Source of the DNA: Octopus vulgaris
Lineage: Eukaryota
Length of the DNA stretch: 64,000 nt
Assembly: GCA_951406725.2 (NCBI GenBank)
Contig: OX597839.1
Location: 9,982,001-10,046,000, forward strand
Reading direction: 5' to 3'
The stretch's first letter is position 1. Each line of letters begins with the position of its first letter. Below the pieces are notes generated by a model. The model made no database searches. It was not told the DNA's origin and was given only the letters and a program-made list of their open reading frames with translations. Position numbers and translations under genes: made by a program. Shown in pieces: positions 24,995 through 36,891 of the stretch.

Positions 24995-27650
24995 TCACTC
25001 ACGTAGAAAAATACAGTTTATGAATCTGAGAAATTTTTTTTTAACATTTAATTTTTCTTTAATACTCAGTGCCCCTTCCACGCCCCCCTCTCACCCCCAC
25101 CCCCCCCCCCGCTTTCAAAAAACTAAAACCTCAAACTGTTTCACTTTCAACCAATGCTTCACGCATGTGTAGAATTCTACTGAAGTAGCAAACATCAAAA
25201 ATATCAGACCACTACCAGAAATCTCGACATGCTAGAAACAATAGTTAAATGACATTATTTCTGGAAAAACTTCTCCACTTTCAAAAAGGCTAAAAGTAAA
25301 GGTGATGGGTGGAATTTGTAGAAGAGGGTTTGGGTGTTTCTTTAAGAAAAATTGAAAAAAAAAATTCTTAACGAATCCTAATCGCTATTTTTCTAATGGA
25401 TTAAAAAACAAATTTTGAAATAAAGTTAAAAATAAAAAATTTGGGGTGGGGACGTTTAGGGTTACTTGTGGGCAAAATCTTTATTTCCTATATCAAAAAC
25501 AGGACCCGAAGAAATTTTGGAAAAAAATAAGGAGGGGTGGAGATAAAATTTCTAAATATGCTCATCACGAATACAAATTACAAAATAAAAAAAAGGTCAT
25601 TTCAATTGATGTTGAGCTGTGATTTTATAATTCACTAGCAACGCCGGGTTATAGTGCTAGTGCATGCATAAACAGCTGCGTGCATGCGCACATACACACG
25701 AGTACTGTCCAAATTTCCGACCAATCACATACAGCTATTCAATTGGTGTATCAAGTTTCAGGCATTTTGATTGGGTTTTGGATAGAAAATTCACAAGAAA
25801 GTCACTTCTATTGATTTTTTTAATGGCTTTGCGGGGTGACTAGGGAAATGTAAAGATGCGCACGACCACCCTTGGTGGGTTTTGAATGACCATAGAAAGT
25901 GCGAGCCCTCTAACTGAAAAATTGTGGATTTATATAAAGGACACACATGCAGACATTTTGCCGTTTATGTATATAGATATATACTGAAATTTTACCGAGA
26001 GAGAACGAGTGAGAGAGAGAGAGAGAGTGTGTGTGTGTTTGTGTGCGTGCGCAAAAGAAGTTATTTGTACATACCTTTCTGAATTCTAAATGAAGAAAAA
26101 CTTGGCGACTCCAGCCATGATTGTAAGGCCCCCAAACAACTCTGCGCGCGTATCTGTTGTACTGAACGCAAGAGAAACATTTATGAAAATGTACACATAA
26201 ATAAGTTATGTTTACTGACCATGTTTGCAATTATCAATATAACTGATAGCAAAGTTTATATAAAATGAAATTAAGTCCAGGTGTAGCGGCAGAAGCAGTC
26301 CAATCAAGTTGGTAAAGTTTTAACAGTTTTGTGACAACATAGTGTCTCGATACATTCTAATGGAAAAGTGAAAGAAAGAGATAATGACATTCTCTCTTTG
26401 GAAGAGAAATTAATTTTTGGTGGAGGTGAGGTGATGAGGAAAACATCTGTTTTATTATCACAATTTCCACAGCTTCGTCTGTAATCACCAGTTTTGATAA
26501 TTCTAATTGTTTCTTTTTTTTTCGCTAATGTTGTCACAAGACTGTTATAACTTTAATTTAATTTTATACAAACTTTGATATCAGTTATATAGATAATTGC
26601 AAACATAACTTATTTATGTGTACATTTTCATAAATATTTCTCTTGCATTCAATACAACAGATACACGTGCAGAGTTGTTTGGGGGCTTAATCATGGCTGG
26701 TGTCCGCCGCAAGCTTTTCTTCTTTTAGAATTCAGAAAGGTTGTACAAATAACTTCTTTTGCACACACACTAGGTAAAACTTCAATATGAATTATAAAAT
26801 CACAGTTCAACATCAATTGAAATTACCTTTTTTTTTATTTTGTAATTCATATTTGTGATGAGCATATTTAGAAACTTTATCTCCACCCCTCCTTATTTTT
26901 TTCCAAAATTTCTTCGGCTTCCTGTTTTCAATGTAGGAGATTAGGATTTGCCCAAAAAACATTTTCAAAATGTTAATAACCCTAACCTTCTCGACCCCAA
27001 ATATTTAATTTTTAACTTTATTTCGAAATTTTTTAAAATTCAGTTGAAAAATGGAGATAATCTTTAAAAAATTTTATTTTTATTTTTCTCAAATTCCCTT
27101 CCCCAACCTCCACCCACCACCTTCAATTGTTTTACTTTTAGCTTTTTTGAAAGTGGTGAAGTTTTTCTAGAAATAATATCGTTTAGCTGTTGTTTCTAGC
27201 ATGTCAGGATTTCTGGTGGTGGTCTGATATTTTTGACGTCTGCTATTTCAGCAAAATTCTACGCCTGCGTGAAACATCAGACGAAAGTGAAACTAAGTTT
27301 TTTAGTGTTTTGAAAGCGAGGTGGAGGGGGCGTGGAAGGGGCATTGAGTATGTCTTAAAGAAAAATTAAAAGTTAAAAAAAAAATTCCCAGATTTGTAAT
27401 CTCTGTCTTTTTCAACGTAGATTTTTTTTAAAATCGAAAAAAGTTTAAAATTAAGAAATTGGGGTGGGGATTAAAATTTTGAAATTTCGCCAGTCCTCAG
27501 TCAAATCGCCCAACCCATGCTAGCATGGGAAGCGGACGTTAAACGATGATGATGATAATGTGATTTGGGGGCAAAATCGTATTCTATATTGAAGAAACAG
27601 AAATCCGAAAGGAATTTTTTTAAAAAAATCACCGAAAAAAGGTGATGTAT
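24995..27650. repeat. Large foldback (arms about 0.9 kb excluding the Helitron, ~270-bp spacer)
   Basis: 25000-25634 plus 25980-26276 is the diverged reverse complement of 26545-27420. Confidence 0.75.
25635..25977 (-). mobile_element. Non-autonomous Helitron inserted in a foldback arm
   Basis: TC...CTAG ends between A and T, no TSD. Absent from the partner arm near 26788. Confidence 0.75.
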
Positions 27651-28461
27651 ACATTCTTTACCACCGCATCGATGTGGAACTAAAACCATTTGTGAAATTT
27701 AGTGCGAGTGAATGGATTAACGCGATGCAGTCTTGTTACTTTAAATGTTCAAAAACGTGATACAATGAATGTAAACAAACTGAGATTCATTCATTTCAGA
27801 TATAACGAATCTGTAAAAAAACAAAATGTGTATGCGGGGGGTGGGGGGTATTTAGATTATCAGTTTTTACTGTTTTTCTGAAAACATTTCAATGGATTTA
27901 TGGATTTAAGTTATGTGCAATTTTAAAGAATCGTAATCTCAGATATTTAGAACAAACGTCAAAACTGAAATATGACGAAAAACCTGAGAGATAGAGAGAG
28001 AAGAAAAATTCTCACTTCCCCATTTTTATCTGTCTTACGATGCTTAACATCTACAAATCCGAAGAAATAATAGTTTGTTTTTTTTGTACACTAGATAATT
28101 CTGATTCAATTCTTCTGGGATTTCTGTTTCAGAAACATAATAATAACAGTAGATTTTAAATCCCTGATATTCAAAAACTTGAAAATCCGAAGACATTTAG
28201 AAAAAAAAAAAAGTTAAAATAAGAAAAAACATCCGTGAAAAACTACAAACTAAAACGAATGTAGTTTGAGAGAGATTTGGCTGCTATTTCTATTCAGGTT
28301 GACAAACCACACAGAACAGGACAGCAGGGGCAAATTACAATTTTGTTGCTCCGCTTTTTCTTTTTTATTGGTTTTTACCGCTTACTTTAGTGAAAAAATT
28401 GTGGTTTATTTTCGATTAATAAATTTAAATCTTTTTTTTTTTTTAATCTTGCGTATTAAAG

Positions 28462-28500
<39 letters not shown>

Positions 28501-28806
28501 ACGTCTCCGTCACTTAGTGGTTCGGCAAAAAGAGATTGGTAAAGTACCAGGCTTAAATTTAAAAATCATGTACTAGGATCGATTCATTCGACAAAAAAAT
28601 TTTCAAGGCGGTGCCCCAGCATGGCCGCAGTCTAATGACTCAAACAAGTAAAATGTGCGTATGGATATGTGTGTATGTATGCATGTGTGCGTGCGTGTAT
28701 ATGTGTATGTATGTATGTATGTATGTATGAATATCTTGTTTTAGAGAGCGACTTTGTCAGAGCATTTCATATTTGAAAGCAGGGAAGTTCCTTCTCCACC
28801 CCTGAC

Positions 28807-29590
28807 ATTTTTATTAATATTTAGCAGAAGCAACAGAGTGACTCATGGGCCGAGAGTTTCGTGCGTTGACACTTATCAAACTAGTTTGATAAGTGTCAAC
28901 GCACGAAACTCTCGGCCCATGAGTCACTCTGTTGCTTCTGCTAGATATTAATAAAAATATATATACATGCTCATATTTTTGAATTCTATTCTGCTTATTT
29001 GCATCACCTATCAAACTAGTTTGGTAAGTGCTAACACACGAAACTCTCGGCCCTTGAGTCACTAGTTTGATAAGTGACAGCACACGAAACTCTCGGCCCA
29101 TGAGTCACTCTCTTGCTTCTGCTAAATATTAATTAAAATATTCATATTTTGAATTCTATTCTGCTTATTTGCATCACCTATCAAACTAGTTTGGTAAGTG
29201 CTAACACACGAAACTCTCGGCCCTTGAGTCACTAGTTTGATAAGTGACAGCACACGAAACTCTCGGCCCATGAGTCACTCTCTTGCTTCTGCTAAATATT
29301 AATTAAAATATTCATATTTTGAATTCTATTCTGCTTATTTGCATCACCTATCACTAGTTTGGTAAGTGCTAACACACGAAACTCTCGGCCCATGAGTCAC
29401 TCTGTTGCTTCTGCTAAATATTAATAGAAATATTCATATTTTGAATTCTGTTCTGCTTATTTGCATCACCTATCAAACTAGTTTGGTAAGTGACAACGCA
29501 CGAAACTCTCGGACCATGAGTCACTCTGTTGCTTCTGCTAGATATTAATAAAAATATATATACATGCTCATATTTTTGAATTCTACTCGG
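28807..29590. ncRNA. Array of 8 type I hammerhead ribozyme motifs (1 minus, 7 plus) in a palindrome plus tandem repeat
   Basis: Each unit reads agt-TTG(A/G)TAA-gtg(N6)cac-GAAA-ctc(N9)gag-TC-act, giving stems I/II/III, a U3:A8 core and a GUC cleavage triplet. Confidence 0.8.
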
Positions 29591-29654
29591 CTTGTTCGCA
29601 TCAATATTATATAAAGGTGGTCTTAATGTGATGACTGCATGTCTGTGTGACTAC

Positions 29655-29930
29655 CTGTACGGTGGGGATCGAAGGAGGGAGAGACGGTTACAGCTGATGA
29701 GGCCGCACGGTGCGCGGGTCGGCGACGGTGGTGCACGCCAGCTTCCTGTTTCCTTCGACGAAGTGTTATGTAGCGACAACAGATAGGAAGAGAATCGGAA
29801 GAAGCCAGAGAGCAGCACCGTATTGGACCGCCGACACATCTTTTCACCGCAGAAGCGACATCAGTTATAGAAGGAAGAGGAAAAAGAGAGGCTCAGAAAT
29901 GGGGCGTATGACGCCTTCTCATTGGTTCAT
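29655..29930 (-). promoter_or_regulatory. CpG-rich island; candidate internal promoter or alternative first exon
   Basis: Marked GC/CpG enrichment over background, ATTGG (CCAAT) boxes near 29822 and 29920, ETS-like CTTCCTG near 29742, donor ACAG|gtagtc at 29655. Confidence 0.4.
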
Positions 29931-29989
29931 TTTTCTCTCTCTGTATTATGTTTAGTCTTTTTTCCTTCTCATTTCCTCTCATAATTTCT

Positions 29990-30425
29990 CCTTCTCCTCT
30001 TTCTACTTCTTGCTTCTACTCGTCCTACTTCTTCGTCTTCTTCTTTGTTATCCTCCTTGTTTTTCTCTTTCTTTTTGAAATCTTCTACTCGTCCTACTTC
30101 TTCGTCTCCTTCTTTGTTATCTCTATGTTATCCTCCTTGTTTTTCTCCTTCTTTGTTATCTTTATGTCATCCTTCTTGTTTTTCTCTTTCTTTTTGAAAT
30201 CTTCTACTCGTCCTACTTCGTCTCCTTCTTTGTTATCTTTGTTATCCTCCTTGTTTTTCTCTTTCTTTCTTATCTTTATGTTATCCTCCTTGTTTTTCTC
30301 CTTCTTTCTTATCTTTATGTTATCCTCCTTGTTTTTCTCCTTCTTTCTTATCTTTATGTAATCCTCCTTGTTTTTCTCCTTCTTTCTTATCTTTATGTTA
30401 TCCTCCTTGTTTTTCTCCCTCTTCT
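29990..30425. repeat. Pyrimidine-rich ~39-bp minisatellite
   Basis: ttctttcttatctttatgttatcctccttgtttttctcc repeated. Confidence 0.85.
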
Positions 30426-30585
30426 CCTAATGTCTGTCTTCTACCACCATCAAAATCTGGCGAAATACTCAAACACGTACACAGATAGGAAAATGCATTT
30501 CAGGATAGCATGGACACACAGTCATACCGACAATCTTCCTTCTATCAAAACATACTTATTGCATCATCGGCGAAGATGAAGCACG

Positions 30586-32260
30586 TGTACATCACCCATT
30601 TCCGAGGTGTTTTTTTTATCAAATCTTTAAGAATTAAAAAAAAAGTTTTCTTAAAGAAACACTCAAATCTCCTTCCCCAACCACCACCCATCACCTCTGA
30701 ATGTTTCACTTCAAGCTTTTTTGAAAGCGGGAAGTTTTTCCAGAAATAATGTCGTTTAGCTGTCGTTTCTAGCATGTCGGGTTTCCTGGTGGTGGTCTGA
30801 TATTTTTTAACGTCTGCTATTTCAGTAGACTTCTACGCATGCGCGAAATATCAGACGACAGTGGAACATTCTGAGTTTTAAGTTTTTTGGAATCGGGGGA
30901 GGCGATGGGTGGGTGAGGTGGGGGAAGGGGCATTGAGTGTTAGAATTTCTTTTTTAATCTCAGATTTGTAAACTCTGAATTTTTCTACATGGATGAAAAA
31001 AAATTCGGGCGATCTTTCGTCTCTAGTAGACCTTTCCGTCGATTTCCGTAAAAAAATTTTTTTTTTTACATATGGGCTTGCAGGAACTTTTGAAGTAATA
31101 TACATACATATACACATACACCGAGTAAAAAATTTCACTTATCTCTTTCTTTCACACACACTAACAGAAGCACTTCACTTACACAACATACTGTCTGTCT
31201 CCCACACCCCATCAAACACACACACACACACATGTACATCAATGCTTCACATGCACGGTAACTTCAAAAGAACTTCCCTCGTCATACAATCGCTTTCTCT
31301 TAGTCTCTTTCGCTCTCATTACTTCAAAAGTTCCCGCAAGCCCATATGTAAAAAAAAAAATTTTTTTACGGAAATCGACGGAAAGGTCTACTAGAGACGA
31401 AAGATTGCCAAAATTCGATATAGGAGAATACGATTTTGCTCAAAAATCTTTTCAAAATTTTAATTTCCTCCACTCCAATCTCTTAATTTTCAATTTTTTT
31501 TCGAATTATTTTTTAATTCACGTAGAAAAATACAGAGTTTAGAAATCTGAGATTATTTATTATTTTGGATCTTTTCTGTTTGAACGGCAGTTTTTAACAT
31601 AATTGCTAGGGTACTAAAAAATTATTTTTTAAAAATTTTAATTTTCCTTGAAACACTCAATGCCCCTTCCCCCACCTCACCCACCCATCGCCTCCCCCGA
31701 TTCCAAAAAACTTAAAACTCAGAATGTTCCGCTGTCGTCTGATATTTCGCGCATGCGTAGAAGTCTACTGAAATAGCAGACGTTAAAAAATATCAGACCA
31801 CCACCAGGAAACCCGACATGCTAGAAACGAAAGCTAAACGACATTATTTCTGGAAAAACTTCCCGCTTTCAAAAAAGCTTGAAGTGAAACATTCAGAGGT
31901 GATGGGTGGTGGTTGGGGAAGGAGATTTGAGTGTTTCTTTCAGAAAATTTTTTAAAAAATTCTTAAAGATTTGTAATCTCTATTTTTCTAATGGATTAAA
32001 AACAAAATTCTGATATTTTTGACGTCTGCTATTTCAGTAGGCTTCTACGCATGCGCGAAATATCAGACGAAAGTGAAATATTCTGAGATTTTGAAAGCAG
32101 GGAGGTGGTAGGTGGGGGGTGGGGGAAGGGGTATTGAGTGTTAGAATTTTTTTTTTTAATCTCGGATTTGTAAACTCTGAATTTTTCTACATGGATGAAA
32201 AAAAAATTCGAAAAAAGTTCAAAATTAAGAAATTGGGATGGGAGAAATTAAAATTCTGAA
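30586..32260. repeat. Second foldback of the same repeat family
   Basis: 30615-30950 is a near-identical inverse of 31650-31975, and 31013-31100 is the inverse of 31318-31405. Shares atcagaccaccaccag and gacatgctagaaa motifs with 25-27 kb. Confidence 0.75.
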
Positions 32261-32322
32261 AACGTGATTAAACTGAGATTAATTTCAGAATTTGTTTTAA
32301 TAACTTTGTTTATACTTACATT

Positions 32323-32361
<39 letters not shown>

Positions 32362-32488
32362 AAAAGTAAAAAAATATACAAACTGGGACAAAAACATGAA
32401 ACATTTAGAAGACGACACAAAAAACACGGACGGGACATTCGAAGCCTTCAATCTTCAGTCAAGAACCGGATCATCTTCGCAATTTCGG

Positions 32489-32548
<60 letters not shown>

Positions 32549-32620
32549 TATGTATGTATATATATATATATATATGTATGTATATATATATATATATGTA
32601 TGTATATATATATATATGTA

Positions 32621-33912
32621 TAACATCAATGGAATTTGTATCTTGTGGTACCAGTGCCGGTGGCACACAAGAAAACCATCCGAACGTGGCCGTAGCCAGT
32701 ACCGCATCGACTGGCCTCCGTGCTGTGGGCACGCAACAAACACCATCCGATCGTGGCCGTTCGCCAGCCTCATCTGGCACCTGTGTCGGTGGCACATAAA
32801 AACACCATCCGAAGACCCGGCAAGACTAGTCAGGCCATAACTCGTGGCCCCTACCTGGGACGTAGTCAGTCCACCTGTGCATACCTTCCTTCTTGTGACA
32901 CTTGTGAAGACCTGTTGAGGCAAGTGAAAATCAAATCAAATCAAAACAAATCAAAATAGATGAACATCAATGGAATTTGTATCTTTGTGGTACCAGTGCC
33001 GGTGGCACACAAGAAAATCATCCGAACGTGGCCGTAGCCAGTACCGCATAGACTGGCCTCCGTGCTTTGGGGACGTAACAAGCACCATCCGATCGTGGCC
33101 GTCCGCCAGCCTCATCTGGCACCTGTGTCGGTGGCACATAAAAACACCATCCGAGCGTGGCCGTCTGCCAGCCTCGTCTGGCACCTGTGTCGGTGGCACA
33201 TAAAAACACCATCCGAGCGTGGCCGTTCGCCAGCCTCGTCTGGCACCTGTGTCGGTGGCACATAAAATCACCCACTACACTCTCGGAGTGGTTGGCGTTA
33301 GGAAGGGCATCCAGCTGTAGAAACACTGCCAGATCTGACTGGCCTGGTGCAGCCTTCGGGCTCCCCAGACCCCAGTTGAACCGTCCAACCCATGCTAGCA
33401 TGGAAAACGGACGCTAAATGATGATGATGATGATGATGATGTGTGTGTATATATATATATAAATCAAATTTGATGACTGGCATCCGTGCTAGTGGAGCAC
33501 TAAGAGTACCATACGAGCGTGATCGTTGCCAAAGCAACAAGCTGGCCTCCGTCCCGATAGCATGTAAAAAAACACCATTTGAGTGTGCACTTGTGCTGGT
33601 GGCACATGAAAAAAACATTCGAATGAGGTCGTTGCCAATTTCGTTGGACTGGCTCCTGTATAGGTGGCACATAAAAAGCACCATTTGAGCGTGGCCACTG
33701 CCAGTACCGCCTGACTGGCCCTCGTGCCAGTGACACGTAAAAGCACCCACTACATTCTCAGAGTGGTTGGCGTTAGGAAAGGCATCCAGCCGTAGAAACT
33801 CTACCAGATCAGATTGGAGCATGGTGCAGCCATCTGGTTCGCCAGACCTCAGTCAAATCATCCAACCCATGCTAGCATGGAAAGCGGACATTAAACGATG
33901 ATGATAATGATA
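32621..33912 (+). mobile_element. Cluster of non-autonomous retroposons with (GAT)n tails and ~59-bp internal repeats (also about 871-1084, 9185-9825, 15100-15250, 34321-34685, 52303-52612, 57683-57898, 60248-60490)
   Basis: Shared 3' end aacccatgctagcatggaaa.cggacgttaaa-(GAT)n. RTE-type tail by inference. Confidence 0.75.
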
Positions 33913-34822
33913 TATATATAGTGTCAGTAAACCCTAAATCCAAAAGAGAAACACACTCTAAGTTATAGAGCAGTAGAATAATTAGATAAAGATAGTTATG
34001 TGTGGTCTATGGAGTTACTCTGGGTTTTATGTCCATAAAGCGCTTAGCCTTACAGTATCTCTTCAGACCCTAATGTTTATATGTGTATATATGAATATAT
34101 ATGGGTAAGCATATATGTATGTGTGTGTGCAAGACTATCACTATATAACAGTCTACTATTAAAAGAAGGTACATGCATTATTAACAAATATTTTTAGCAG
34201 CAGCATAACAACTTGAAAGACCTAGTTAAAAACAAAATATAAACCCTTCCATCAGAATTTCTTGTTAATTTATGTTTCAAACACCAGTTTAATAATAACA
34301 TAGTTATTTTACCAAATTTTTCATCATCATCATCGTTTAACGTCCGCTTTCCATGCCTACATGGGTTGGACGATTTTGACTGAGGGCTGGCGAACCAGAT
34401 GGCTGCACCAGGCTCCAATCTTGATCTGGCAGAGTTTCTACAGCTGGATGCTCTTCCTAATGCTAACCACTCAGAGTGTAGTGGGAGCTTTTTACGTGCC
34501 ACCGGCATGGGGGCCAGTCAGGCGGTACTGGCAACGACCTCACGCGAATCCTTTTACACATGCCACCAGCACAGGTGCCAGTAAGGCGACGTTGGTAATG
34601 ATCACACTCGAATGGTGCCCTTTTACGTGTCACTGGCACGGAAGCCAGTTGGCTTCTCTGGCAACAATCACGCTCGGGTGGTCATTTTCAAAATTAATTG
34701 AAACAAAGGGAGGGAAATGCATTTCAACAGGTATAAGATAACAAAAAATTTAAAGGTAGTGCTCTAATATGGTCACAGTTCAAAGACTGAAACCAGTGAA
34801 AGAATGAAGTAGGATTTCCTAC

Positions 34823-34921
34823 CTGATTTCTCTTGGCCTCAGTATCATCATATTCAAATCTGTTTGAGAAAGGTTTTTCATCTATAGAAGAGTACCATTC
34901 TGGACTATTTTCACTGAACAT
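34823..34921 (-). CDS. Minus-strand uncharacterised gene, coding exon 1 (MFSENSPEWY...EAKRNQ)
   Basis: Acceptor ttcatttag before 34935, in-frame TAA just upstream of ATG 34921, donor CAG|gtagga. 99 nt, phase 0, joins the 24081 exon in frame. Confidence 0.75.
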
Positions 34922-34972
34922 CTCACAAGTTTAATCTAAATGAACAAATAAAGTAATGTTAAATGCAATGTT

Positions 34973-35375
34973 GGATCTTTTCGGTTTGACCGGCAGTTTT
35001 TTAAAATAATTTCCACGTAACTAAACACTTTTAAACTTCGTATACTGGTAGAATGTGTTTATAAAACGTCTTTCTCTCTTGGCTTTATTGAGAAAATTCT
35101 ATAGTTTGTAAGACATTTGTTGTTTTTTTCTTCAATTTCTGTAATTTCAACCAATCAATGACGTCTATTGAGGTGAAAACATTCTGTACCGTATGAATAT
35201 GTCCTTCATTTAAGAAACAGATTGGGTTTATTTACATTTCTGAAGAAAAAAAGACACCCTTCCCCCCACCCCTAACCAACCCTAAAACAGATTGAAATGC
35301 AATAGGGTCATAATTATGGGTGACAATTTCATATGACACCGCTAGAAAAAACTGCCGTTCAAACCAAAAAGATCC
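34973..35375 (-). mobile_element. Merlin-like MITE
   Basis: Same TIRs in reverse orientation, TSD gcaatgtt. Confidence 0.85.
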
Positions 35376-36826
35376 GCAATGTTTAATATGGCAAAACCAG
35401 CAGAAAGAATTGTTTTGTAGAGAATTATATAATTTAGTCATTGCTGTGTAGTCAAGAAGCTTGTTTTCCAACCCTGTGGTTTCAGGTTTCAGGTTCAGTC
35501 CCATCATGTGACACCATGGACAAATGGTTTCTACTCAGGTCAACCAAAGTCTTGTGTGTGGATTTGGTAGACAGAGCTAAAAGAAAAGCCTGTTGTATAC
35601 ATATCAGTTTCAAATTTTAGCACAAGGCCAGCAATTTCGGGGGGAAGGGGTTAATTTGATTACATTGACCTCGGTACTCAGCTGGTGCTTATTTTATTGA
35701 CCCACAAAAGGATGAAAGACAAAATCAGCCTCAGAGGAAATTGAACTCAGAATGCGAGGATGGAAAAAAATGTTGCTAAGCATTTTACCAGCTATAAACG
35801 CATGCCCTCAAGATCACTAGATTGCAATTTCAATTCCTAGACTGGGGGTGCATTGTGTTCTTGAGCAAACCACTTCATCTCGTTACTCTGTGCTCATTTT
35901 GACACCTGACATATGGTACACCTGTTCAGACATCAATTTGATAGAGAGAGTGAGCTAACGTTGTGGCACAAACATTTGATCACTATAAACAAATCATTTT
36001 GTGTAGGTCGTTTAGCACAAAGGTGAATGCTCATACATTGTCTACAACTGGAGAGCCCATATATACATAATATATCTCTCTTTCTCTTTTTTTTTCTCTT
36101 TTACTTGTTTCAGTCATTTGACTGTGGCCATGCTGGAGCTCAGCCTTTAGTCGAATTATATCGACCCCAGGACTTATTCTTTGTAAGCCTAGTACTTATT
36201 CTATCGGTCTCTTTTGCCGAACTGCTAAGTTACGGGGACGTAAACACACCAGCATCGGTTGTCAAGCGATGTTGTGGGGACAAACACAGACACACAAACA
36301 TATACATATACATATATACGACGGGCTTCTTTCAGTTTCCATCTACCAAATCCACTCACAAGGCTTTGGTCAGCCCAAGGCTATAGTAGAAGACACTTGC
36401 CCAAGGTGCCACGTAGTGGGACTGAACCCGGAACCATGTGGTTGGTAAGCAAGCTACTTACAACATAGCCACTCCTGCTCCTATATATATATATATATAT
36501 ATATAGCTGTATGGTAAGAAGTTCAATTCCACTGCATGGCACCTTGGGCAAGTGTCTTCTGGGCAAGTGTCTTCTACTATAGCCTCAGGCCAACCAAAGC
36601 CTTGTGAGTGGATTTGGTAAATAGAAACTGAGAGAAGCCTATTGTATACATACATATATATATTGGTAAAAACGGTAAGATAACGAAAGAAAGAAAGAGA
36701 TCTCAATATTATGTAAATAGAGGAAATTTATCTGTAATATAATATGTGACAATTATTCAATAGCCAAGATAAAACTCTGAGTTTCAGATGCCGAGGTGGA
36801 AATCCACAACACCATCTCTTCGGTTA

Positions 36827-36889
<63 letters not shown>

Positions 36890-36891
<2 letters not shown>

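Noticed and set aside
28807-29590. Reading the array as a CRISPR or as an AP-1 (TGAGTCA) plus octamer (ATTTGCAT) enhancer
   Set aside because: The spacers are identical, not unique. TGAGTCA coincides with the hammerhead stem III and cleavage site, which explains far more positions. A secondary enhancer role is not excluded but is unsupported.
29694-29765. CTGATGA followed by a GC hairpin, as a further hammerhead
   Set aside because: No correctly placed GAAA, stem III or stem I complement.
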